Source: Fimbriimonadales bacterium
GTDB taxonomy: Bacteria > Armatimonadota > Fimbriimonadia > Fimbriimonadales > ATM1
DNA length: 64,000 nt
Direction of reading: 5' to 3'
Assembly: GCA_051003155.1 (NCBI GenBank)
Contig: JBPCLO010000011.1
Span: forward strand, 32,001-96,000
A model generated the notes under the pieces. The model had not been told where the DNA came from and searched no databases. It saw only the letters and a list, made by a program, of their open reading frames with translations. The translations under genes and the position numbers were made by a program. Each line of letters starts with the position of its first letter. Within the stretch, counting starts at the first letter, position 1. Shown piece after piece: positions 9,225 to 17,829 of the stretch.

Positions 9225-10313
9225 ATGAGCCAACAAAAGCAGAAAAGCGGCGGGGGGGCTATTCGCATTGCTACGGTTGCCGGTATTCCGATCCGCCTCC
9301 ATTTCACGTTTTTGCTGTTCATCGTGTACGTCGCGATCGTTGCCAATCAAACAAATTCGCCGCAGCTCATCGCCCTCATTCCCGCGATCTTTCTATGTGT
9401 GGTGCTGCACGAATTGGGGCACGCCCTCGTGGCGAAGAGATACGGGATTCGAACTAGAGAGATAACCCTCTACTTGATCGGAGGGATTGCGTATATCGAA
9501 GGCAGGCCAAAACCAGCTCAGGAGTTTTGGATCGCACTCGCGGGGCCGGCGGTGAATGTGGTCATTGCCTTGATTCTGCTGCCTTTCGTATACTACCAAT
9601 ACGGCGCCTTGCCGCCGCTAAATTTTTCGGTCGAGCGGGAACCGTTTCTCCGGGGCTTGTATCTCGCCAACGTCGCGTTGCCGCTCTTCAACATGATCCC
9701 AGCCCTTCCCATGGACGGCGGCAGGGTCCTCAGGTCGGTTCTCGCGATGCGAATGAGCGAGAGCAGGGCAACCAAAATCGCCGCGACAGTGGGGCAGACT
9801 TTCGCTTTCGGCGTGGCTATTTACGGGCTGACCAGCGGAAACATCTTTTTGCTTTTGATCGCTTTCTTCGTCTTCATGGGGGCATCCCAAGAAGTCGCAT
9901 CCTCGGTCGGCTATTCTCTCGTGGCCCAGAAGCGAGTAGCTGACGCGATGATCACGCAATTCTCGGTTATCGGCAGCGGTGAAACCCTCGGCAAAGCGGC
10001 CAGGTTGCTGATGCAGAGCTCGCAACGCGACTTTCCGGTTGTCTGGGGCGAAGATATCCTTGGCGTCCTCACCCGGGAGGACATCATACGGGGCCTTTCG
10101 GGTGACGGTTCGGACGAATACGTAGCCGCTTATATGCATCGTGACTTCCGGAAGATGTCGCCGTCCGATCCACTCGAAGACGCGTTCGAATCGTTCACGC
10201 GAGACGACAAGTCACCGGTAATCGTTTTGGACCATGAGAAGCTCGTGGGCATGCTGACCGTCGAGAGCTTGACGGAATTCATGATGCTCGAACAGGCTCG
10301 CTCTGCCCGTTAG
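9225..10313 (+). CDS. Site-2 protease (M50) with tandem CBS domains
   Basis: LHELGH, ALAGPAVN, FNMIPALPMDGGR; CBS pair at the C-terminus. Confidence 0.93.
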   Translation: MSQQKQKSGGGAIRIATVAGIPIRLHFTFLLFIVYVAIVANQTNSPQLIALIPAIFLCVVLHELGHALVAKRYGIRTREITLYLIGGIAYIEGRPKPAQEFWIALAGPAVNVVIALILLPFVYYQYGALPPLNFSVEREPFLRGLYLANVALPLFNMIPALPMDGGRVLRSVLAMRMSESRATKIAATVGQTFAFGVAIYGLTSGNIFLLLIAFFVFMGASQEVASSVGYSLVAQKRVADAMITQFSVIGSGETLGKAARLLMQSSQRDFPVVWGEDILGVLTREDIIRGLSGDGSDEYVAAYMHRDFRKMSPSDPLEDAFESFTRDDKSPVIVLDHEKLVGMLTVESLTEFMMLEQARSAR

Positions 10314-10654
10314 CGGTGATCGATCGGGGCGCGAGCGCGCGCGGCCAAGTACATGCGAATCCCCTTGCCGCTGACGATCGAGCCGACGATGCTCATCACG
10401 AGCAGTAGCCCGATCCGCAGCAGGACATGGCCGAAGGAGACGCCGATTTCCGTTATGTCCTTTTTGCCGCCGAGTGCGTCCTTGGCAGGAATCGCGAACA
10501 TCTTGGCCGCCTCCAAGAAAGTGAACACAAGTAGGCCTATCCCGAATAGAAAGATGAGTGCTCCCAGGACGACGCCGAACCAGTCGGTGTGCTTGACGGG
10601 TTCAGTAGGCGGCGCAACCCCTTCGGTCTCGTAAGCCGTGTCTGTATTATCCAA
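10310..10654 (-). CDS. Hypothetical two-TM membrane protein
   Basis: Two hydrophobic helices; TTG start. Confidence 0.65.
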   Translation of the reverse strand: MDNTDTAYETEGVAPPTEPVKHTDWFGVVLGALIFLFGIGLLVFTFLEAAKMFAIPAKDALGGKKDITEIGVSFGHVLLRIGLLLVMSIVGSIVSGKGIRMYLAARARAPIDHR

Positions 10655-10710
10655 TCATCATTCCTGTTGGCCCTTGCGGTGCGTAAGATACCCGTTCGTT
10701 CTTGCGAAGC

Positions 10711-11145
10711 CTATCCCACGATAACTTCGACCGCATCGCCCGACGATACGGATCCGTCCTGAATCACTTTCGCAAGCATTCCACGACGGCCCATCATCTT
10801 ATTGACGAACGAAGGGCCCTCTTCTTCCACGTAGCCAGCCATTGTTCGACAGGGCGCGCAATCGGACGTCACTTCGAGTTCCGCCGTGCCGACCTTCATC
10901 TTCGTGCCGGGAACTAGGCTTTGCAACGACGGCAGATCGACCAGGATTTGCTCCCGGAGCATGCCCGGTTCGTAACCGAACGCTTCCAAATTGGACCGAT
11001 CTAGGAGTAGGACCTGGCGGGCGTCCGCGTACTTTTCGCCTCCCAAAATTCCCCACTCTTCCGTAAGGTGTAGGCGCTCTGCCGTCGTCGTCGGCCCTTC
11101 TACGCCGGGATTTTTGATCCGAACTTCGATGACGCTTCCGCGCAT
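10711..11145 (-). CDS. MOSC domain protein
   Basis: RQVLL, PGMLREQI, VGTAELEVTSDCAPC, GRRGMLAKV..GSVSSGD. Confidence 0.88.
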   Translation of the reverse strand: MRGSVIEVRIKNPGVEGPTTTAERLHLTEEWGILGGEKYADARQVLLLDRSNLEAFGYEPGMLREQILVDLPSLQSLVPGTKMKVGTAELEVTSDCAPCRTMAGYVEEEGPSFVNKMMGRRGMLAKVIQDGSVSSGDAVEVIVG

Positions 11146-11153
11146 GGCCGAGT

Positions 11154-12350
11154 CTACCTGCCGATCGTGATGTCCGAGGAGTCACCGCCGTCCTCTTTGC
11201 CGTCCGGCCCGACGCCGTAAAGCTTATACGTGCCCCCTTGCGGAACATAGACGAAGTCTCGACCGGAATAGGGGTCGGTACGCAGCCACTTCGGGAACTT
11301 CAAGAGATCGGCGGGGGCCTTGCCCTCCTGTCTGGACGCCGCGAGCAGCGCGGCGTCCAGCGCCAGGAGGCGCATTTCGGTCTCGAATATCGCCCTCTGC
11401 TCCAAAAAGGCCTGACCGCCCTGGAAGAGACTGTTTGCCAGGCGTTTCCAGGGGCGCTCGCCAGCCGGCTGGTCAGGCTCGTCCCATCGGTGGGCGCCGG
11501 CGGCCACCTGGGCCATTTGATTCTTCACGGTCTGCTCAGCTTCTTGCGCCAATCCCTCGAAGAAAGTGACCTGCTTTGCGCGCGGCTCGTCCTTCATTTC
11601 CCTCATGAATTTGATTGTCGGCTCGACGTAGTCGCCCAGCGCTTTACGTATTTGATCGAAATCACCCACCAGGTACAGAGACTGAACCCACTGGACTGCC
11701 CTGAGCATCGTCTCGCGCTCGTTCCGCAATGTGACCCCCGCGGCAGGGAGCGTTTGGAGGGCAGCACTCAAGCCGGTGTAGACACGGTTCAGTTCGGAGT
11801 TTGGTATGTCCGAGATTCGCCTCCAAAATGGTTTGGCCGCTTCGCGCGCGATTTCGAATCCAAGACCGGCGCTTTGGGCATCTCCACCGGCCAAGTCGGC
11901 GCCCATGCGCGCCGCGATCATGAAATCGTTCGTCGCCTGGGCCAGGCTTTCGGCGGTCTCGGCTTCCTCGATCCTCCAGCAGAGCACGCGGCCGAGAAAC
12001 CGCCAGCCGCGAACAGGCTCGCGAACTGCTCCGGGGATGGCGGGCGCGAAGGAATAGGTGACGGGTCCTGACTGGGCGCTTCGGAGGATTCCAAGTGCCC
12101 GCTGTCCGTGCCGCAAGGCGTAATCCTTCTGGCCAGGCGTCCAAATGGTGCGCGTGATCTGCTTCTGAGTGTCCCGCTCGGCGGCTTTGGCAGCCTCGAC
12201 GTAGAGGGCGTAGCCACGGTCCGGTTTCGGCTCGGAGAAGCCGATCGTGTGATCGGGAAACGGTTTGTCTTCAGGCGGCGTGCAACCGCTGAGCAAGAGA
12301 ACTAAAGCCGCCCATCCCAGGGCAAATCTCCCAAAAGTTGCGCAATCCAT
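11154..12350 (-). CDS. Hypothetical lipoprotein with GspG-like C-terminal motif
   Basis: Lipobox LLSGC; C-terminal DPYSGRDFVY...YKLYGVGPDGKEDGG. Confidence 0.7.
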   Translation of the reverse strand: MDCATFGRFALGWAALVLLLSGCTPPEDKPFPDHTIGFSEPKPDRGYALYVEAAKAAERDTQKQITRTIWTPGQKDYALRHGQRALGILRSAQSGPVTYSFAPAIPGAVREPVRGWRFLGRVLCWRIEEAETAESLAQATNDFMIAARMGADLAGGDAQSAGLGFEIAREAAKPFWRRISDIPNSELNRVYTGLSAALQTLPAAGVTLRNERETMLRAVQWVQSLYLVGDFDQIRKALGDYVEPTIKFMREMKDEPRAKQVTFFEGLAQEAEQTVKNQMAQVAAGAHRWDEPDQPAGERPWKRLANSLFQGGQAFLEQRAIFETEMRLLALDAALLAASRQEGKAPADLLKFPKWLRTDPYSGRDFVYVPQGGTYKLYGVGPDGKEDGGDSSDITIGR

Positions 12351-12378
12351 CGCGACGGGTTCAAGATACCCCCATCTT

Positions 12379-13299
12379 ATGAAAGGTGTCATCCTCGCTG
12401 CGGGCAAGGGCAGCCGGCTATATCCCGTGACGAACCATATTCCGAAACCTTTGCTCCCCCTAGCCAACCGGCCCACGTTAGAGTACGCCTTCGATCGGCT
12501 GGTGGATATCGGGGTTACGCAAATCTGCCTCGTGGTGGGCGAAAACGCGGAGGCGATGCGTTCTGCATTAGGCGATGGGAGCGGGGTTGGAGTTCGTTTG
12601 AGCTACGCGTTGCAGGGCGAGCCCAAGGGGCTCGCCCACGCGATGGAATGCGCCCGCGACTTTGTAGGGGCCGACGATTTCGTGCTGTATCTGGGTGATG
12701 CCATCTACAGCGAACCTCTCACCGAAGCTGTGCAACGGTTTTCCCAGAGCGGTTGCGCAAACCTGGATCTCGTGATGCCGGTGGAGGATCCCAGCCGTTT
12801 CGGGGTCGCCAACATCGAAGGCGGGCGCATTGTGAAGCTGGTGGAGAAACCTGCAGCACCGGAATCGAATTTGGCGATGGCAGGGGTTTATTTCTTTAGG
12901 GCGCCGATCTGGGATATGCTCGCCAGTCTTCAGCCTAGCGCCAGGGGTGAGTACGAGATCACGGACGCGATTCAAATGCTCATAGAGCGCGGGTACGAGG
13001 TTTTGCCGAGCGTTTATCAAGGAAGCTGGTTCGACACGGGGACGCTCGATTCTTTCCTCGCCTGCTCTTCGTTTTTGTTGAACGGGGGCACGCTGATCGG
13101 GCCTGGAGCATCGGTCGTCGCGGACGTGGGCAGTTCGGTCTGCATCGGAGCCGGTGCTATCGTCGATTGCGCGGAGGTCGAAGATTCGGTAATCTTGCCC
13201 GGCGCGTCGGTACGTTGTCAGGGACGCATCGTACACTCGATCCTGGGTGGCGGTGTTGAGTCCTTCGGCGATATTCAGAACGAGATCGCCTACGGGTAA
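12379..13299 (+). CDS. Sugar-phosphate nucleotidyltransferase (glucose-1-phosphate thymidylyltransferase-like)
   Basis: MKGVILAAGKGSRLYP..PKPLLP, QGEPKGLAHA, LVEKP, SARGEYEITDA, WFDTGT. Confidence 0.9.
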   Translation: MKGVILAAGKGSRLYPVTNHIPKPLLPLANRPTLEYAFDRLVDIGVTQICLVVGENAEAMRSALGDGSGVGVRLSYALQGEPKGLAHAMECARDFVGADDFVLYLGDAIYSEPLTEAVQRFSQSGCANLDLVMPVEDPSRFGVANIEGGRIVKLVEKPAAPESNLAMAGVYFFRAPIWDMLASLQPSARGEYEITDAIQMLIERGYEVLPSVYQGSWFDTGTLDSFLACSSFLLNGGTLIGPGASVVADVGSSVCIGAGAIVDCAEVEDSVILPGASVRCQGRIVHSILGGGVESFGDIQNEIAYG

Positions 13300-13321
13300 C
13301 GGAAATTTAACCGAGAGCAAC

Positions 13322-13350
13322 TTGACAGCGGGCTTTCTGATTGATATACT
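13322..13350 (+). promoter_or_regulatory. Sigma70-type promoter of the DinB-family gene
   Basis: TTGACA-17 nt-TATACT, followed by AGGAGG RBS. Confidence 0.7.
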
Positions 13351-13377
13351 GTTGTCTACTGTTAATAGGAGGAAATT

Positions 13378-13857
13378 ATGAAGCTTCAAGAACATATGAT
13401 CAACGTGACGCGCGACGGCGCCAAGGAAGCATTCAAGTATGCCAAGGCAGTCCCCGCCGACAAACTGGAATGGAAGCCATTGGAGAACGGCCGCTCCGTG
13501 CTCGACCTTTGCCGAGAGTTGGCAATGTGCCCCGAATGGGCGGTCGAGCTTATAGCCGACAAGGACAAGAACCCCGATTTCGACGAGGCCGCAATGGCTG
13601 ACGCTAAGAAAATGCAGGAAGGATGGAAGACGATCGAGGATTGCGAGACGGAATGCAATGAGCGCCTCGAAAAGTTCTTCTCGCTGATGCGCGAATTGCC
13701 GGATGAGCGATTGGCTGAAACGAAGTGGCTGCCCTACGATGGTGGACGTGACTTCACCATGCCCGAGATGATGGATTACCCGCGGTGGAACTTCAACTAC
13801 CATCTGGGCCAGATCGCCTACATTCAGACCCTGTACGGCGACAAAGAGATGCACTAA
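13378..13857 (+). CDS. DinB/YfiT-like family protein
   Basis: VPADKLEWKP..GRS..., YHLGQIAYIQ C-terminal motif. Confidence 0.8.
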   Translation: MKLQEHMINVTRDGAKEAFKYAKAVPADKLEWKPLENGRSVLDLCRELAMCPEWAVELIADKDKNPDFDEAAMADAKKMQEGWKTIEDCETECNERLEKFFSLMRELPDERLAETKWLPYDGGRDFTMPEMMDYPRWNFNYHLGQIAYIQTLYGDKEMH

Positions 13858-13872
13858 GGGTAAAACCCCTGC

Positions 13873-14448
13873 GTGCACGAGGGCGAGCGGGTACTGGCGG
13901 AGCTTCTTGACGGAAACCGGCGGTTTAGAGAGGGCCGCTCATCCAATTCTCAATATAGCTCCGCGCGCCTCGCCGGGTTGGCGAGCGAACAGTCGCCCGT
14001 AGCCGCGGTTGTCACTTGCGCGGATTCGCGTGTGGCGCCCGAGATTCTGTTCGATCAGCCACTTGGGAGGCTATTCGTCAGCCGGGTCCCAGGGAACGTC
14101 GCCACTGACTCGGCCAAGTGGATGGTCGAGATAGCCGTCGGCCTGTACAACGTGCCGCTGCTCCTAGTGATGGGCCACACAGGCTGTTTGGCGGTCGGAG
14201 AAGTGGTCCAAGGCAAGACGACGGGCACGGGCGGTTCTCTTCGGCTTCGTGTTTCTTCAGCCGTCATGCGCGCTTCGCGCTCGGCGCCCGCCGATTTGTG
14301 GCGGGAGGCCGTCATTCAGAACGTTCACCAGACTATCGAACACCTTTCGATGGAGAGCCAGGCGCTTCGGCCCGCGCTCCGCGCCGATCGCATCGTTTCC
14401 GTGGCAACGCTTTACGAGATGGAGACCGGCGAGGTCATCCGTCTCTGA
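13873..14448 (+). CDS. Beta-class carbonic anhydrase
   Basis: GNRRF, CADSRV, FVSRVPGN, MGHTGC. Confidence 0.9.
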   Translation: MHEGERVLAELLDGNRRFREGRSSNSQYSSARLAGLASEQSPVAAVVTCADSRVAPEILFDQPLGRLFVSRVPGNVATDSAKWMVEIAVGLYNVPLLLVMGHTGCLAVGEVVQGKTTGTGGSLRLRVSSAVMRASRSAPADLWREAVIQNVHQTIEHLSMESQALRPALRADRIVSVATLYEMETGEVIRL

Positions 14449-15296
14449 TGCTCGCCCGCGTTGCGACTGCGGTTGTCGGTATTCCGCTGATCGGGTGGGC
14501 CTCGACTTCAACTTCGGTTTGGCCGTTCAAGCTCCTAATTTTGGCTATCGGAATGCTCATGTTTTGGGAATTCAACTCGGTAGAGGGGGTAGCGAAGAAG
14601 TGGTGGGCCTGGATATTGGCGCTCGTGTTGATCATCGTCTGTCTGCTCCCCGTTCCGCTATTCGGAGAGAATGGCTTTGACTTCGTCTTCGCAATAGCAT
14701 TCATTCTCCTTCTTCCCTTCGACTACATCCTTCTCTTAGACCCTGAGCGGCCAATTGTAACGAGGCAATTTGTCTGGCTATTCTTGCCTCTGGGAGTGCT
14801 CACTTGGCTACGAAGCATTGAACTTACCGTCCACTCAGGACAAAACAATCTTCCCGCTGATTTAGGGGCATCAATCACGGATGGCTCAGTGATTCTGCTG
14901 CTCTTTCTGTGCTTGTGGGCAGGAGATACGGCAGCATTCATCATCGGGCGGGCGCTTGGCCGGCGCAAATTGGCACCTGCCATCTCACCGAACAAGACTT
15001 GGGAAGGCGCGATCGCAAACCTCGTCGCCGCGAGCGTTGTGGGATTCGCCATCGGTCCGCTGTTTGGTGACGATCCAGGGTCACCGATCGGGCCTTATCT
15101 CGGGCTTGGCGTGGGCGCTATCGTGGGCGTCCTTGGACAGGTCGGCGATCTTTACGAAAGCGCATGGAAGCGCCGCCATGGAGTCAAGGACAGCGGGAAT
15201 CTTCTTCCGGGGCATGGGGGCGTGCTAGACAGGTTCGACTCGCTGCTATTCTCGGCGCCGGCTGTCGCCACGCTCTTCGCGCTCGTTCGGCTCTAG
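14448..15296 (+). CDS. cdsA: Phosphatidate cytidylyltransferase
   Basis: WAGDTAAF..G, ISPNKTWEG, GDLYESAWKR..GVKDSGNLLPGHGGVLDRFDS; TGATG overlap start. Confidence 0.92.
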   Translation: MLARVATAVVGIPLIGWASTSTSVWPFKLLILAIGMLMFWEFNSVEGVAKKWWAWILALVLIIVCLLPVPLFGENGFDFVFAIAFILLLPFDYILLLDPERPIVTRQFVWLFLPLGVLTWLRSIELTVHSGQNNLPADLGASITDGSVILLLFLCLWAGDTAAFIIGRALGRRKLAPAISPNKTWEGAIANLVAASVVGFAIGPLFGDDPGSPIGPYLGLGVGAIVGVLGQVGDLYESAWKRRHGVKDSGNLLPGHGGVLDRFDSLLFSAPAVATLFALVRL

Positions 15297-16648
15297 AAAA
15301 CGTTGTCGGGAAGCCATTTCCCGAGGAATCCTTTGGCCCTGCTAGGGCAAACTCTAATATCGCACCCTGTCTGCTCGCGGACGTCATCTAGGGTCAGATC
15401 GTCGAGGAAGAGGTAATCGTCCTTTAGCGTAATGTCCGGAATCGCCACGATCCCTTTCGGTTTGTGGTTATTAAGCGCATTGATGACATCTTGGCCGGTG
15501 AGCAGGCCCGCGATCGTGATGCCATGGCCGAAGAAGTTATTGATCACGACGCAGACATCAGCGGACAGGTTTTGAACCTGGGAGAGGCGGCCGGCGAAGC
15601 TGCGAATGACCTCTGAAGGGAGAAGGCCGGTTACCAAAGTAATGTGACGAACAGCTTCGATCCGTTCGGGTAGCTTCGCGTAACCACGCTTAGCCTGGTC
15701 GAGGAATAGCCGGCAGGTTCCAACACCGTCTTCGAACTGGGGAAAGTCCTCATACCAAGGTCTCGGCGGCACTGAGCGGCCCGCATAAAAGAACCACTCG
15801 TCGCTGGGAAATACGAACCGGGTACCCAAAGTCGGTTTAAGCTTCAGATGCCAGTGGCGAACCTGGGCGAGCAGGTTGCGGCTGTACTCAGGCGTCACCC
15901 TTCTCACCGGGTAGAGATTGTGTCTAAACTTGCTTAACCCAACTGGAACGATCGCTACACTAAGAACTCCTCCGTCGTGGCCGGTTCGCTTTGTGTGGAG
16001 CTCGGAGAGCTGTTCGATTGTAGTGTCGAGCGCTTTCCCGTCGTTCAGGCCCGGACAAAGTACTATTTGGCAGTGGACGCTGATACCGCTCCGGTTCAGG
16101 TCTTCGAGGCGCGGAATGATCGGTTCGGGTGCTGGACGGCCGAGCATGAAGCCCCTGAGCCGCGCATCTGCCGCGTGCACGCTGACGTAAAGCGGGGAGA
16201 GGCCCTGCTCCTTAGTACGTTCGAACTCCTCGTCGCCCATATTCGTTAGCGTCACGTAGTTGCCGTGAAGGAAGCTGAGCCTGAAATCGTCGTCCATCAG
16301 ATAGAGGCTCTTGCGCATGCCTTTCGGCATCTGATGGATGAAGCAGAAGACGCACTTGTTATCGCACGTATGGATTTGGTCGGCCAGTTCGAAGGTGAAA
16401 TTGAAGCCGAGGTCCTCGCCCCACGCCCGCTCGACAAGCACCGTTTGAAAGACGCCGTCTCGAACAAACTCGATTTCGAACTCCTCTTGGCTCGAGTGAT
16501 AACGGAGGTCGACGACATCGTTCACCGCGTGGCCGTCAATCCGGCGAAGGACGTCGTGAGGCTCGAACCCTGCCCGCGCAACCGGCGATCCTGGGTCGAC
16601 AGCACTTATGACAAGACCTTGGTTCTTGGCCATCACGAGTTCGGACAT
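15293..16648 (-). CDS. DUF512 Fe-S oxidoreductase/radical-SAM-like protein with N-terminal PDZ
   Basis: PDZ-like N-terminus, CDNKCVFCFIHQMPKGMR, DDDFRLSFLHGNYVTLTN, QFEDGVG. Confidence 0.88.
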   Translation of the reverse strand: MSELVMAKNQGLVISAVDPGSPVARAGFEPHDVLRRIDGHAVNDVVDLRYHSSQEEFEIEFVRDGVFQTVLVERAWGEDLGFNFTFELADQIHTCDNKCVFCFIHQMPKGMRKSLYLMDDDFRLSFLHGNYVTLTNMGDEEFERTKEQGLSPLYVSVHAADARLRGFMLGRPAPEPIIPRLEDLNRSGISVHCQIVLCPGLNDGKALDTTIEQLSELHTKRTGHDGGVLSVAIVPVGLSKFRHNLYPVRRVTPEYSRNLLAQVRHWHLKLKPTLGTRFVFPSDEWFFYAGRSVPPRPWYEDFPQFEDGVGTCRLFLDQAKRGYAKLPERIEAVRHITLVTGLLPSEVIRSFAGRLSQVQNLSADVCVVINNFFGHGITIAGLLTGQDVINALNNHKPKGIVAIPDITLKDDYLFLDDLTLDDVREQTGCDIRVCPSRAKGFLGKWLPDNVF

Positions 16649-16673
16649 CTATCCGATTAAACCCGGACCAGAG

Positions 16674-16689
16674 TGTTTCACGTGAAACA
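16674..16689. promoter_or_regulatory. parS centromere-like site (ParB binding)
   Basis: Perfect 16-bp palindrome TGTTTCACGTGAAACA, matching the canonical parS consensus; intergenic. Confidence 0.9.
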
Positions 16690-16803
16690 TTGTCCTATCT
16701 TGCGGAGCGTCGCGCTAGGCCAGTGCCAGTTCCGATGCACGGCTTCGCAAAGGCATGTTCTGTACCGTCCGGTACATTAGTTGCAACGTGTATAGTGCGT
16801 AGC

Positions 16804-17793
16804 ATGCCCGCGATCTTGGTCGATGATCTGTCGAAGACCTACTACACACACAAGAAGCAGCCCGGAATCCTCGGCGCCGTGAAGGGCCTTTTCACCCGGG
16901 AGAAGGTTTCGGTGGAAGCGGTCAAGAGCGTCAGCTTCTCGATCGAAGAGGGAGAAGTGGTAGGCTTCCTCGGTCCGAACGGCGCAGGGAAAACTACGAC
17001 GCTCAAAGTGCTCAGCGGAATTCTTTTCCCGACTTCCGGCAGGGCCGAGGTGCTCGGATACAACCCGTGGGACCGCCGGCCGGAGATGCAGAAGCAGATC
17101 TCACTTGTCATGGGCAACAAGATGCAGCTCTGGTGGGACTTGCCGGCGTGGGACAGCTTTCAAGTCCTCAAGGAAATATACGAAGTTTCCGACAGCGACT
17201 TCAGGGCAAGGGCCGAGTTCTTAGTCGAGACACTTCAGCTCGAGGACAAGATACACACGCAGGTGCGAAAGCTCAGTCTAGGCGAGAGGATGAAGTGCGA
17301 GTTGGTCGCCGCGCTTCTTCACAACCCGAAAGTCATCTTCCTCGACGAGCCCACGATCGGCCTCGATGTTGTATCGCAAAAGAAAATCCGGGAATTCCTG
17401 AAGGACTATAACCGAGAAACTAATTCCACAATTATCCTCACGAGCCATTATATGCAAGACGTGGCGGAATTATGCGAGCGAATTATCGTTATCGACCACG
17501 GAAAGCAGGTTTTTGCGGGTTCTTTGGCAACTCTTTCGAGGCAGTTCAGCCCCGTTAAACAATTAAGACTGGTGTTCAGTTCGGCACCGACTACCGATTT
17601 ATCGGCCTACGGCCGCGTCGTCAGCTCGTCGGAAATGGAGGCGGTAATCGAGGTTCCTCGCGAGGAAACTACGAGAATCGCCGCGAGAATTCTTCAGGAT
17701 TTACCTGTGGAGGACATTTCGATCGACGAGGCCGATATCGAGGATGTGATCCGCGAACTCTTCACGCGCAAGCCCGACGCAACCCCGGTATAA
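16804..17793 (+). CDS. ABC transporter ATP-binding protein (ABC-2 exporter type)
   Basis: GPNGAGKTT, LSLGERMK, FLDEPT, LTSH. Confidence 0.92.
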   Translation: MPAILVDDLSKTYYTHKKQPGILGAVKGLFTREKVSVEAVKSVSFSIEEGEVVGFLGPNGAGKTTTLKVLSGILFPTSGRAEVLGYNPWDRRPEMQKQISLVMGNKMQLWWDLPAWDSFQVLKEIYEVSDSDFRARAEFLVETLQLEDKIHTQVRKLSLGERMKCELVAALLHNPKVIFLDEPTIGLDVVSQKKIREFLKDYNRETNSTIILTSHYMQDVAELCERIIVIDHGKQVFAGSLATLSRQFSPVKQLRLVFSSAPTTDLSAYGRVVSSSEMEAVIEVPREETTRIAARILQDLPVEDISIDEADIEDVIRELFTRKPDATPV

Positions 17794-17829
17794 TCCGAGC
17801 AACTTTCAACACAGGAAGGTGTTAAACGG

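Noticed and set aside
12568..13878. 436-aa minus-strand ORF
   Set aside because: Antisense to two well-supported genes; no motifs
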